Source: a virus (Duplodnaviria > Caudoviricetes). From it: a stretch of 64,000 nt of DNA. A program made the position numbers and the translations under genes. Below, in pieces: positions 1 through 10,555 of this stretch (position 1 is the stretch's first letter; every line of letters begins with the position of its first letter). Below the pieces are notes generated by a model. It made no database searches. It was not told the DNA's origin and was given only the letters and a program-made list of their open reading frames with translations. The stretch covers positions 47,651-111,650 of IMG/VR virus record IMGVR_UViG_3300043422_000045; one strand, given 5' to 3'.

Positions 1-2
1 AT

Positions 3-3000
3 CTTTATGATCCTAAAAAAGGTTCAGTTAAAACAGTTCAGATTCCATCATTTGGTTTTTTGAAAAGAGAAATTGAAAGATTAAATGGTAATTTAGATGC
101 ATTGGCTGGAACTACAAGTACAACGTCTAATGTTAAATTAAAGGATGGTTCTTTTAGAAGAATTATTACTTCTAAATTACAAGGACCAGCCCCTAGCATT
201 ACTAATCTAGCTGCACCTACTGCATTCAAAACTAAAGCTAATGAATTCTTTGAAGATTTTTTAAATCCTTTATTAACAGTTAGCTTAAACGTAAGTGGTC
301 AAATTCCAACAACTACAGAAAAAGCGTATATTGAAAGATATGTTTTTGATAGTAATGACGTAAATAGCATTCAAGCTTTTAATTCTTTATATAAAGGACT
401 TAACAATATTGATTATGACACATTCATAAATGATATTGTACAAAACAAATATGTTTATAGAAAAGATGCTTCAGATATTGATATGCCGTCTAGATCTATG
501 ACATACTACGGTAACTTTGATGTTTTAGGTATAGATACGGCTGAGAAGACGCTGGTTGTTGATGGGACTACTCAAACGGTAAACGTTAGATTATTTACGT
601 TAAATCAATTGACGTACTCAGATTCATCTAAAACGCTAAAGAACACAGAGACACTTAAAGTTGGAGATTTCTTGGTTGTTAATTCAAACCAATATTCAAC
701 TAGATATAAAATCACAGCATTAAATACTGATACTTTACAAGCTGAATTAGATTTAATTGAAGGTTCAGAACCTATTAGAATTGGTGCTGGAGAATTAAAG
801 ATCTATAAAGATGTAGATGTTGCAGTTAATATTGATGTTAACGTAGCATTTAACGAATATCAAGTTGTGTTTGTTAAAGCAATTGATTCAGTATCTAAGA
901 TATTGTCTGAAAGCTTTTCACCAGGCGTTGCATTTTATTCTAATGAATTACAAATAGCAACTGAAAACGGTACAGTTATGAATTTAGCTGACTATTACAG
1001 ATTAGAAGTTGCAGACTTTGGTCAATTTATTAAAAGTTTTAAAATTGATTCTATTCCACCAGCTTCTGTTGGTTTAGTGCCTAATGCGCCTGTTTTAGAA
1101 ACCACAAATTTTAAAGTAGTTCAAGTAAATAGACACTTAACAGATAATGATTCTACTAATAAAATCAAACAACTTAAAAACGATAAGATTGCTTCTGAGC
1201 AAAATCTAAAAAAATTAGATGACGCAATTGCTAAAAAGAAATCATCGATTAATACTATAAAATATAAGTCTACCGTTGAAAGAGACAGAGACACTAACGA
1301 ATTAAGTACACTAGCGCAAAAGAGAACGTCAGAGTCTGCTCTGTATTCTTCTGTTGTTAGTGAAATTAAATCTATTGCCAATTCTAATAATTTATCAAAC
1401 GTTGCCCCTAAATATAAACTTAGAGGTTTTTGGTCTATTCCAAATCCTAAGAGTTCACAAGATATTGTAGAACAATCAGTAGTTCAATTTAAAATAAGAT
1501 ACCGTTACGTTTCATCTAATGGTAAAACTTCACAAATTGATCAAATACCGTTTCAAGACGGAAGCACTACAAAAACAGCTGCTTTTTCAAATTGGATTGA
1601 AGTAGATGGTCCTGTGAGAAAAAGAATCAAAGACGCATCTGGTAAATTTTATTGGGGAACTGATAGTGAAGAAGATGCAAATGCTGTTAATTTTAATTCA
1701 TTAGATATTGCTATTCAACCTGGAGAAAAGGTAGAGATTTCAGTTAAATCTTTATCAGAAGCTGGATTTCCAGCAAATCCAATAGAATCTGACTGGTCTG
1801 ATATAATGACTTATGAATTCCCAGAAGGTGAATTTACGGGAGATACTTTATTAGAAGCTATCAATGAAAATTCATTAGAAACTGTAAGAATTCAAATTAC
1901 ACAAGATTTAACAACAGCTGGTCTATACACACACTTAGATGATTCATTTACAGCTAATTCTAAATATTTTTCACATACTGCAACATCGATCGCATCTGGT
2001 TTCTTAACAACTGAACAAAATCCAGTTAGTTTATTTGACAAGCTGGTTGAAATGCAAACTCAAATTGAGAAATTAAAAGCTCAAATAGCTGGAACTCTTG
2101 GAGAATTAGTGGTTTATATTGAAGATGAATCTGGAGCACAAACTTCAGTTTCTAATCATACGACTGTTAAATTATTTGCTGGTTACTATGTTGATGAAAT
2201 TACAAATCAAATTGACAGAAAAGGAGCTATTGTTACTAAAAACTTTAAATTAAAATTAAGTAATTCAAAAGCAACTGATTTAGAATTAATAGCTAGATTA
2301 GTAGGAGATAGAACTAAAGCTGCTTATGGATCTGGTGCATCTACTGTATTAGGTGTTGCACCTGGTGCAATTGATCCAGTTGTTTCTAGTGATACTTATT
2401 ATGCAAATGAAGGTAGATATGATTTGGTTCCATTGCAATACCAAAACATAAGTTCTAATATGACAGGTGTAGATTACATGAACAGTACTCCATACCAATC
2501 TGGTCAATTAAGAGGTCAATTTCTTTATTCAAGATATAAAAATCTAGCCAATGACGCTGAACTTTATTCAATGACAGCGCCAGATACAGATTATAGTGTT
2601 AATAACTGGACTATCGGAAATGGTGTAGATGATTTTGAATACGGTATTAATTATAAATTCGGCACTAATCCTGCAATTGTAGGTTCTGGTGAATCTAGAT
2701 ATTTTAATTTTGCTAATGCAACATCAGCAGCATACGCAGCTAACAATGGAACTGACGATTTTATTTGGTCAGGCGATTATGATAGTAATGGATTACCTAA
2801 TAGAACTTCATTAAGTACTGCAACTAATACTGTTAGTAAAACTGACTATGATAATGGTTTATTCTTACATAAAGATCACCCTTTATTAAATACCGGTAGT
2901 GTATTGACACCTTTAAATATTGCAGAAACTGGATTGGTTTCTATGTCAAAGAATGCTCCAAGAAGAGCTAACATGACAGACGGATTGTTTCAAAATCCAT

Positions 3001-3572
3001 ATAAAAGAGCTCATTGGCAAATGAAATCTAATACTTCAACACCGATTGATGTATATAGAAGTTTAAAAATGTCATTTAACGCAGAAGATCAATTCTTATT
3101 AGGCGGACATTCATGCGGAGCTTATTTATTTTTAAGTCCTATTGAAACTACAAGTTTAACAGTAGATGCTGATAATAAATTTGGTAAAAAGTCAATCTCA
3201 CAAGGAGCTACTAATGCGATTTCAGTTGATTTAATATTCCAATATAGAATGACTGATTATTTTGGAGTTACATCTAGCACAACATCTGCTAATAATGCAG
3301 GAAGAGTTGGTGGAATAGCTTCTACAAGTTTAACAAATCTAACATATTCTAAAAAGATAGGATTAGATATTTTAAAAGGAGAAAATGACGTATTCTCGTT
3401 TGATATTGAAGTTTATGCTAAATACAAACCAGAAGGTTCATCAGTGGCTAATGTAACTAAAGAAATGATAGATACGTTTAGAGTACCTGGATTACATGGT
3501 CGTAGAGAATTTGTAGATTCTGAAAATGATTTCTCAACACCAGGTTCTATAACTTCACTGAGATATATGTAA
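3..3572 (+). CDS. Large virion structural protein (baseplate/tail-associated?), 5'-truncated by the window edge
   Basis: The frame is open from position 3 (LYDPKKGSVKTVQIPSFGFLKREIERL...), so the true start is upstream of the window. T/S/N/G-rich, with coiled-coil and Fn3/beta-rich-looking segments, and it lies in the structural block. Confidence 0.6.
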   Translation, partial: LYDPKKGSVKTVQIPSFGFLKREIERLNGNLDALAGTTSTTSNVKLKDGSFRRIITSKLQGPAPSITNLAAPTAFKTKANEFFEDFLNPLLTVSLNVSGQIPTTTEKAYIERYVFDSNDVNSIQAFNSLYKGLNNIDYDTFINDIVQNKYVYRKDASDIDMPSRSMTYYGNFDVLGIDTAEKTLVVDGTTQTVNVRLFTLNQLTYSDSSKTLKNTETLKVGDFLVVNSNQYSTRYKITALNTDTLQAELDLIEGSEPIRIGAGELKIYKDVDVAVNIDVNVAFNEYQVVFVKAIDSVSKILSESFSPGVAFYSNELQIATENGTVMNLADYYRLEVADFGQFIKSFKIDSIPPASVGLVPNAPVLETTNFKVVQVNRHLTDNDSTNKIKQLKNDKIASEQNLKKLDDAIAKKKSSINTIKYKSTVERDRDTNELSTLAQKRTSESALYSSVVSEIKSIANSNNLSNVAPKYKLRGFWSIPNPKSSQDIVEQSVVQFKIRYRYVSSNGKTSQIDQIPFQDGSTTKTAAFSNWIEVDGPVRKRIKDASGKFYWGTDSEEDANAVNFNSLDIAIQPGEKVEISVKSLSEAGFPANPIESDWSDIMTYEFPEGEFTGDTLLEAINENSLETVRIQITQDLTTAGLYTHLDDSFTANSKYFSHTATSIASGFLTTEQNPVSLFDKLVEMQTQIEKLKAQIAGTLGELVVYIEDESGAQTSVSNHTTVKLFAGYYVDEITNQIDRKGAIVTKNFKLKLSNSKATDLELIARLVGDRTKAAYGSGASTVLGVAPGAIDPVVSSDTYYANEGRYDLVPLQYQNISSNMTGVDYMNSTPYQSGQLRGQFLYSRYKNLANDAELYSMTAPDTDYSVNNWTIGNGVDDFEYGINYKFGTNPAIVGSGESRYFNFANATSAAYAANNGTDDFIWSGDYDSNGLPNRTSLSTATNTVSKTDYDNGLFLHKDHPLLNTGSVLTPLNIAETGLVSMSKNAPRRANMTDGLFQNPYKRAHWQMKSNTSTPIDVYRSLKMSFNAEDQFLLGGHSCGAYLFLSPIETTSLTVDADNKFGKKSISQGATNAISVDLIFQYRMTDYFGVTSSTTSANNAGRVGGIASTSLTNLTYSKKIGLDILKGENDVFSFDIEVYAKYKPEGSSVANVTKEMIDTFRVPGLHGRREFVDSENDFSTPGSITSLRYM

Positions 3573-3575
3573 ATC

Positions 3576-3624
3576 ATTAGTCCTTCTATTTAAGATATAT
3601 AAACTAATAAATAGAAGGACTAAT
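3576..3624 (+). promoter_or_regulatory. Perfect 17-bp inverted repeat with the late-promoter motif GATATATAA in its loop; the right arm covers the translation start region of the next gene
   Basis: attagtccttctattta (3576-3592) pairs with taaatagaaggactaat (3608-3624). GATATATAA is at 3594-3602 and the ATG at 3627. Confidence 0.75.
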
Positions 3625-3626
3625 AC

Positions 3627-6600
3627 ATGAGTTTATCAACAAATTTTAACACTGCAAATAATCAAATTGACGATCTGTCATTTGGTATTTTAAGAACTAA
3701 TCCAAAGTTAAGTACTAATATAAAATTGGTAGTTAACTCATCGGGTTCTTTATACATGGATTCAATTGATGCCAATGCTACATTAGCTAGTGCATCTTTT
3801 AAAAAGTTTCCAATCAATCCATCTGGTTTTTATTCAACTGACGTTTCTAGATTTTATAGAGATTTGCCATTAAATTTAAGATATGATATTTTTAAACAAA
3901 ATTCAGATCTTTCTGTATTTGGTGATTATTCAAAACAATTTGAAGATCAGTATCAATACGGTGCTTCCTTTAATTCAACTAAATTGTATGATGAGCAATA
4001 TAAATTCTTAGCTCCTATTTGGTTAGATAAAAAGACACCAAATCATTTTGTGATATACCGCGTGGAAGCCACAGATTATGACACTTTATTAGATGATAGT
4101 TTAGTTTCTCAAAATAATAGAATAATGCAGCTTTTAAATAAAGCCACTATTGTTAAAACTTTTGACATAACTAACACTTCTAATTTAGGAAAATATATCA
4201 ACAATCACGTTAATAGCCCTTCTTTTCCAGTAGCACCTATTATTCAAAATTTTGATGCAAACAGTCATACTACGTATTGCGGTATTGATATTGTTAAAGG
4301 CGGTTTTGTTGAAAAAAGAGAATATACAAACAAAGATCTATTAGTAGATAAAATAGAAATTCTCAACAATCAAATTATCACAGAAGGTTTTGAAAGAAAT
4401 CAATTAGCTGTGGCTAATTTATTAAACATTGAATTTTTATTTGACGATGAACTAGCAACTGATTACAAAATTTATAGATATTTTGGGCTATATGTTGATG
4501 CTTTATATGAAGGTGAATTTAAAGTAAATGATATTATAAATAATGATGCTGAACAAAGCATTATTATAGAAAACAACGGTATTTTATCTTACTATGATCT
4601 ACCGAATGGAATATCGCATCAAGATATGTTTTTAAATACAAAAGATTTGAGTTATCCAACATTAAACTGGATCAAATCTCCATACAATAATTTCTTTCAC
4701 GTAAAAAACGGTGTTAACTTCGATAACACTAAAAAATTACCAGTTAGTTTAGATAATAAGACAATAACTGAATTTACTGATGATGTTTTAGCTGGAACTC
4801 TTAAGATTAGTATTTTAACTAAAGATGCAAAAGACTTTATTAAATTTAAAATTACTGAAGCGCCACATCATGGTGATAAATTATATTTAACTGCTATTTC
4901 TGAATTCAAAGCTGATAATTTCAATCTAACGCCATTTACTTATATGGCTGATAATTATTTGCAAGCCGGTAAGTTTGAACAACAACGATATTCAACACAA
5001 GGAGATTTAAAGCATATTTTACATGCATTAGCTTCATGTATAACACATTCAGATAATCCTTTTGTAGCTACTATCGTTGATGATGCTATCGTAATAGAAG
5101 ATTACGCGCAAGGATATGATAGAAATTCAGTTGCATTTGGAGTTAGAACTGGTAATATTTCAGATTTCATTAACGTTATATCTGGTAAAATATCTAATAT
5201 CGATAATTCTATTTTACCGGTTAGTAGCTTAGTTGATTTTAATGATTGGACTAACTATGCAATGACAGGCGGTAAAGACGAAAATAGATTTATATACTTA
5301 GAAAAACAACAATTAGGTAACCTTAGAAAAGGTCACATAATTAAAGATCCTGTGTTCAATACAAAATCAGAAGTTTTAGAAATCTTAGAAGATGCTTTCG
5401 ATTCTAATTTTTACAGAGTGTGTTTATCTAAGAAAATTAATAAATTAAATACGTACACTAACTTAAATTATTATCAATCTCCGGTTACCTATTTTGGTAA
5501 ATTCAGCGCATATAATTTAAAGGACTTTGATTTTGATTTCTACGATACTTCTAATTCAAATTATGCTGAATTAGCATTAGATGATTTAATAGTAGCATCT
5601 AGCGTTGAAGGTAGTTATTATAAATATTATAATTTAGCATGTTCTCAAGCATTTTTAATAAATCACGATGAATATTATCCTGGATTATCTTCTTTATCAG
5701 AGGCTGATGTTGTAAACAGATTAGAAAATGTTGGTAATGATTTTGACAAAGACTCAAGTATTGTTATTAAGGATTTAAAAATATACTCAGAGTATGACAG
5801 ATTACATGAAAATGAATTAAAAGAAACTGCTCTTTTGAGTAGAGTCGTACCGCATATTAATAAATTTGCACTGAAAGATTCTTTTAATGCAAGAATGAAT
5901 CCATATTTATTTACAGTGAGCGAAGCATTTGGTTCAGATAACATGTCACCTAACGTAGAATCTGGCCTTGAAAGAAATCCATTAGATTACAACATGGAAT
6001 ATTTTCATATCAATCAAATTCCAACATTATTTAAATATGATTCTAACAATTTTAGCAAACTTAAGAGTTATGTTAATTTTCTAAATGACGGAGAATTAAC
6101 TATAGACAATCTTAAAAGCATCGATAGAGATTATTTTAGCAAATATTTTGTATGGGAAGGTGCATATCTAGACTTTTCTAAAGTTATTAACATTTCTTCT
6201 GCAAACGGTGCTACATATATTACATTTGATAAACCAATAGATGGAAATATTGTAACTAATACAGGTATTACTAAGAAGAACGGCGTATTTGTACCTCTTA
6301 CTTTACCGTTTTTAAATGCTGATAAAACAATATTAACTTGTCTTGGTAATATACCAACACAAAATGGTATTGTTGTTGGTGATTTATTTCAAATCAATAA
6401 TGCCAATGTGCAATTTATAAAAAACAAAACAAAAAAATTATACACTAAATTTAACAAAGGAGATGCTTACAATTTCTCTGACACTATATTTAGGGGTTTA
6501 AAATATGTTTATAAATCAAGAAAGGAAAATGTAAAAATCATTCCTTCTGAATATGTAAATGATAATCTAGCAAATGATTATAAGTTTGCTGTTATCGTAA

Positions 6601-8378
6601 ATTTACAAAAAGATTCAAATGAAACTAGTACAAGTATTGATGTTATTAAAAATGACAAATTTAAATTTATTTGTGTCTATGTTAATATTTCTTTACAAGA
6701 AAATAACGTAAAAGAAATATCTCATAAAATTTTATATGAATTAAGACACTCATATATTGAAAATACATTATCGAATAGTAAGATTCAAGGCGCTTTAAAC
6801 ATATATGAAGCTTATGCCAATATAATTAATTTAACTCCTACTACTGAAGTTGTAATAGATGGTTTAGAGGATATTGATGGTAAATCTCCAGCTTTTGAAA
6901 AACAAATTAGTATCACAGAACAAGGTGCTTATTCATATTTGTTATTTGACTATAATGGTAACACATACGCTTTTCAAATTTCTAAAGTATTAAGTGATAC
7001 GTCTATTAGTGTGATAGGTTATCCTAAATTATGGGATAATATAACCAATACCGTAGGTGCTGACGCACCAGCTATAATAGAAATCACACCAGTTGATCAA
7101 TCTAATTTAACTTATACATATTATGGTGGTGGATGGGACGCATTCAAGCAAAACCTGGATGATATTAAAGCTAAATCATTTAAAGAAACCTTTAATGATT
7201 TTACTAGAAAGGTAAATTATGTTAATGTGACAGAATCTGGAGATGTTGCGTATAATTCTTTTGTTTTAGAAGTTGAAAACGGAACACCTTTTTATAAAAA
7301 TGCATATATTAAAACCGCGGTAGACGAAGATAAACCAAAATCTTACAAAATATCTTCAGCCGAAGTTGGTAAAAAAATAGTTGAATCAGAGACTCCATAT
7401 AGAACAATTTTAAGAAGAATGAACGGCTATTATGTACCATTAACCAAAGATGTTTTATACTTCACTGACATATATTCAGAAAACAAAGCTTTAAAAAATA
7501 ATGCAGTTCCAAATAGAGAATTGTTGATTTACAATAAATTCAATAGAACTGGAATTGCGTTTAGTTCTTATTTTGACACATTGGGTTTAAATGATTATGG
7601 AATAATTAAAAATTATTTTTATCATAAAGTAAATACTGAAGCACCAGATAGTACATTAAAATTGTCTAGCGGTACAGATAAATTACCTTTATATCCAAAA
7701 ATTGGTGAAATAGCAATTGACAAAAGAGATTTAAATATATTACAGTCTAAATACGCTGAAAATTACTATATTAAATCAGGCGCAAACAATGAATATTCAT
7801 TTGTGTATGGCACTGTTAATCCAATTGAAGAAAAGGCTTTCATGGCCTCAACAGTAATGAAGGTTTCTAACGTTTATGAAATATCTTCTTTTAGTGAAAT
7901 TAAACTATCTAATATAGATGAATTAAATTCATATAGAGAAAATAACAAAGGCTCATATTCGTTGGCATGGACAGAAGTTGAAGATAAAATCTATGCTGAT
8001 TTCTATGTTAAAAAAGCAGTCTTAGATGAATTATTAGAAAAAGGCATTAAGTCTTCCTTTGATAGTTATATCAATCCTTCAAAATCTTATGGTGATTTAA
8101 CAACAACGTCTGACGATTTACAAGTATATTCAGAACAAAATATAGTACCGAGATTTATTATACAAAGCATTAACATATATGCTAAAGAAGGTAAAAATAT
8201 CAGTTCTTCGTTTTTAAATCAAGCTGATCCTTTATTAATAGACACTGATATTTATAAAAAACAAACTAATTATTCTACAGAAGGCTTTGTACAAGAACGT
8301 CTTAATTTTAGATTAATATATAATAAAAAACCGTCTTATAACTATGAGTTTAAAGTCGTTGTCAAAATAATAGCGTAA
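3627..8378 (+). CDS. Large virion structural protein (1583 aa), probable baseplate/tail component
   Basis: Long ORF in the structural cluster, preceded by a late motif; no catalytic motif recognised. Confidence 0.55.
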   Translation: MSLSTNFNTANNQIDDLSFGILRTNPKLSTNIKLVVNSSGSLYMDSIDANATLASASFKKFPINPSGFYSTDVSRFYRDLPLNLRYDIFKQNSDLSVFGDYSKQFEDQYQYGASFNSTKLYDEQYKFLAPIWLDKKTPNHFVIYRVEATDYDTLLDDSLVSQNNRIMQLLNKATIVKTFDITNTSNLGKYINNHVNSPSFPVAPIIQNFDANSHTTYCGIDIVKGGFVEKREYTNKDLLVDKIEILNNQIITEGFERNQLAVANLLNIEFLFDDELATDYKIYRYFGLYVDALYEGEFKVNDIINNDAEQSIIIENNGILSYYDLPNGISHQDMFLNTKDLSYPTLNWIKSPYNNFFHVKNGVNFDNTKKLPVSLDNKTITEFTDDVLAGTLKISILTKDAKDFIKFKITEAPHHGDKLYLTAISEFKADNFNLTPFTYMADNYLQAGKFEQQRYSTQGDLKHILHALASCITHSDNPFVATIVDDAIVIEDYAQGYDRNSVAFGVRTGNISDFINVISGKISNIDNSILPVSSLVDFNDWTNYAMTGGKDENRFIYLEKQQLGNLRKGHIIKDPVFNTKSEVLEILEDAFDSNFYRVCLSKKINKLNTYTNLNYYQSPVTYFGKFSAYNLKDFDFDFYDTSNSNYAELALDDLIVASSVEGSYYKYYNLACSQAFLINHDEYYPGLSSLSEADVVNRLENVGNDFDKDSSIVIKDLKIYSEYDRLHENELKETALLSRVVPHINKFALKDSFNARMNPYLFTVSEAFGSDNMSPNVESGLERNPLDYNMEYFHINQIPTLFKYDSNNFSKLKSYVNFLNDGELTIDNLKSIDRDYFSKYFVWEGAYLDFSKVINISSANGATYITFDKPIDGNIVTNTGITKKNGVFVPLTLPFLNADKTILTCLGNIPTQNGIVVGDLFQINNANVQFIKNKTKKLYTKFNKGDAYNFSDTIFRGLKYVYKSRKENVKIIPSEYVNDNLANDYKFAVIVNLQKDSNETSTSIDVIKNDKFKFICVYVNISLQENNVKEISHKILYELRHSYIENTLSNSKIQGALNIYEAYANIINLTPTTEVVIDGLEDIDGKSPAFEKQISITEQGAYSYLLFDYNGNTYAFQISKVLSDTSISVIGYPKLWDNITNTVGADAPAIIEITPVDQSNLTYTYYGGGWDAFKQNLDDIKAKSFKETFNDFTRKVNYVNVTESGDVAYNSFVLEVENGTPFYKNAYIKTAVDEDKPKSYKISSAEVGKKIVESETPYRTILRRMNGYYVPLTKDVLYFTDIYSENKALKNNAVPNRELLIYNKFNRTGIAFSSYFDTLGLNDYGIIKNYFYHKVNTEAPDSTLKLSSGTDKLPLYPKIGEIAIDKRDLNILQSKYAENYYIKSGANNEYSFVYGTVNPIEEKAFMASTVMKVSNVYEISSFSEIKLSNIDELNSYRENNKGSYSLAWTEVEDKIYADFYVKKAVLDELLEKGIKSSFDSYINPSKSYGDLTTTSDDLQVYSEQNIVPRFIIQSINIYAKEGKNISSSFLNQADPLLIDTDIYKKQTNYSTEGFVQERLNFRLIYNKKPSYNYEFKVVVKIIA

Positions 8379-8379
8379 C

Positions 8380-10509
8380 ATGTCTATCATAATAAAAGAA
8401 TTATTTGAAAGTGATTTAGATCAATATAACAATGATTGGTGGTCATCTAAAAAAATTGAAAAGTTAAATTTCAATTTTGATCAAATTCTAATATCCGGCG
8501 GTGGACCAATTGGACCTCATGGTTTTCCAGGAGATCAAGGTTTAGATGGAGCAAAAGGTCCAATTGGACCGCAAGGTGCTATCGGTTCTCAAGGCGCTAT
8601 TGGTTCTCAAGGTGCAGATGGAGAAACTGTTTGGCTTAAAAATGAAAGCGAAACTATAGAAAATATCACTTTAAAAATAAATCAATTTGGTAAATACAAT
8701 CCTACTAATTTTTTATTCGGTATTTCTAATAGTTCAGACGCGTTAAACGAATATAACGTGCCTAAAATAGGTATTTTAGGTAAAATTCATACAAACGGAG
8801 GTTACAATCAAAAGAATGTTGTTTTTTCTGATGAAGAATCAGATCAAATAGTTTCATTAAATTTATTTAAAGAAAATCAAAATACAATATTAGAATATGG
8901 TTTTGATGACACTACTAATACTGAGTTTGAATTGATAAGTGATGAAGCAGTTTTAACGTATAACATTAATCCTAGTACAGCTTCTACATTTGGTAATTTT
9001 AAAGCATCATTATTTAAAATAAAATCTTTAGATTCAAAGTTTGGCGATACAGCAGAAACCAACGAAATACAAGGTTCTACTAAATTTAATACTGAAACTC
9101 CAACCCCGAATTGGATTGCACAATCAATTGACACAAATGGTAAAATAAAATGGGTAGATCCTCTTAAAGTTATACCTGGTTTTCCAGTTGGTAGTATTAT
9201 TGCTATCAATGCTTCACAGTTTAATAGTAATAATTTTTTAATTAATGAGACCAAAACTGTTACTATTGATTATTTACAAAACACAAATGGATCTGGTAAA
9301 ACAGGTACAATGTATCAGGGCTGGTATATATGCAATGGTAAAACTTGGAAAAAGGGGGTTATCTCGTATGACTTGCCAAACTTAAATGCGTATAAATATG
9401 AAATAGGTGAAGACACTTCCGGAAATTCTAACCAAGAACATGCAATTTCAAATACAGCTAAATTAGCTATTTTAGGAGGTTCTGATTTAAAATTGAACAT
9501 TACGCAATCAGGTGGTTCTTATAGTTCAAGCTACACTAATCACGAGACGTCTAATCAAATTGAAACATTTAATTCAGTTGGTTCAATATCGCAAGCTGAT
9601 TCTAAATTAATTTATATATGTTATTTAAAAGAAACTGACATGCATTGGGAAGATGCTGCTGTCATTCCTCCAACACCTGCATTATACGATATAAATTTAT
9701 CTTATAGCTCATCGTCAAATGCAAATGCTTGTTTAAATCAAACTACAGCTTTTAAAATAGATTTTGATCCTGTTTTATGGACTAATTTTACAGCTAATTT
9801 AACTGGTAAATTAATTTATAATAATTCAGGTACTGCTATAGCAGTTGATGGAATATACGCAAAAGATGGAGTAGTTAGAATATTTGTTGGAGGCACGTTT
9901 GTTCAAGTCCAAAGTTGTCCTATCGTAAACAGTTTTGTGGCTACTTTAGGTCCTAACATGTTTAACTTAAATGGTTCGACCGCGCCTTATTCTGGTACTA
10001 ATATGACTTTGTATTCAGATAACGCTTCTTTTGCAAATGCAACTAAATTATATACAAATGCAGCTTCTACACCTTTCTATTATGCGCCAAACGGCTGGTA
10101 TAGAGTAGGTGCTTCTAGAAGATATTGGAGTCAAATTGATGGATCATTTGTTGGTCTAGATGTTTTTGGAGATTATATCTTTAATGTATTGGCTACACAA
10201 TTAAGTCCAAGCGCTGAAGGATATTATATGGCTAAAGCAACATCTAGTTTTAATTATTGCAACGGAGTATATGATTCCACGATGTATCTTTATACTGATG
10301 ATGATTCATTTATGAGTGCAGCTTCTTTTTTAGGACCTGTTTATAGAAACATGTATAGTTTAACGGGCAATGAGGGTTATGAACCTTTGATGTTGATAGA
10401 AAACAATGCAGTGTATGGTCCTGAGAATGACCTTTTCTATAGAAAATGTGATAGCGATGGAGTATTACAAAGTAAAACTAAATGTAGTGGAACTAATAAG
10501 TTTGTTTGA
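8380..10509 (+). CDS. Tail fibre-like protein with collagen GXY repeat and tail-collar-like domain
   Basis: 13 GXY triplets; PVGSII...GWYICNG...LPNL tail-collar-type motif; beta-rich C-terminus. Confidence 0.7.
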   Translation: MSIIIKELFESDLDQYNNDWWSSKKIEKLNFNFDQILISGGGPIGPHGFPGDQGLDGAKGPIGPQGAIGSQGAIGSQGADGETVWLKNESETIENITLKINQFGKYNPTNFLFGISNSSDALNEYNVPKIGILGKIHTNGGYNQKNVVFSDEESDQIVSLNLFKENQNTILEYGFDDTTNTEFELISDEAVLTYNINPSTASTFGNFKASLFKIKSLDSKFGDTAETNEIQGSTKFNTETPTPNWIAQSIDTNGKIKWVDPLKVIPGFPVGSIIAINASQFNSNNFLINETKTVTIDYLQNTNGSGKTGTMYQGWYICNGKTWKKGVISYDLPNLNAYKYEIGEDTSGNSNQEHAISNTAKLAILGGSDLKLNITQSGGSYSSSYTNHETSNQIETFNSVGSISQADSKLIYICYLKETDMHWEDAAVIPPTPALYDINLSYSSSSNANACLNQTTAFKIDFDPVLWTNFTANLTGKLIYNNSGTAIAVDGIYAKDGVVRIFVGGTFVQVQSCPIVNSFVATLGPNMFNLNGSTAPYSGTNMTLYSDNASFANATKLYTNAASTPFYYAPNGWYRVGASRRYWSQIDGSFVGLDVFGDYIFNVLATQLSPSAEGYYMAKATSSFNYCNGVYDSTMYLYTDDDSFMSAASFLGPVYRNMYSLTGNEGYEPLMLIENNAVYGPENDLFYRKCDSDGVLQSKTKCSGTNKFV
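8503..8622 (+). repeat. Collagen-like (Gly-X-Y)13 coding repeat
   Basis: GPIGPHGFPGDQGLDGAKGPIGPQGAIGSQGAIGSQGADG. Confidence 0.9.
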
Positions 10510-10555
10510 TAAAATATTAGACAGATAAATAGATAATAAAAAGACCAGTATTATA

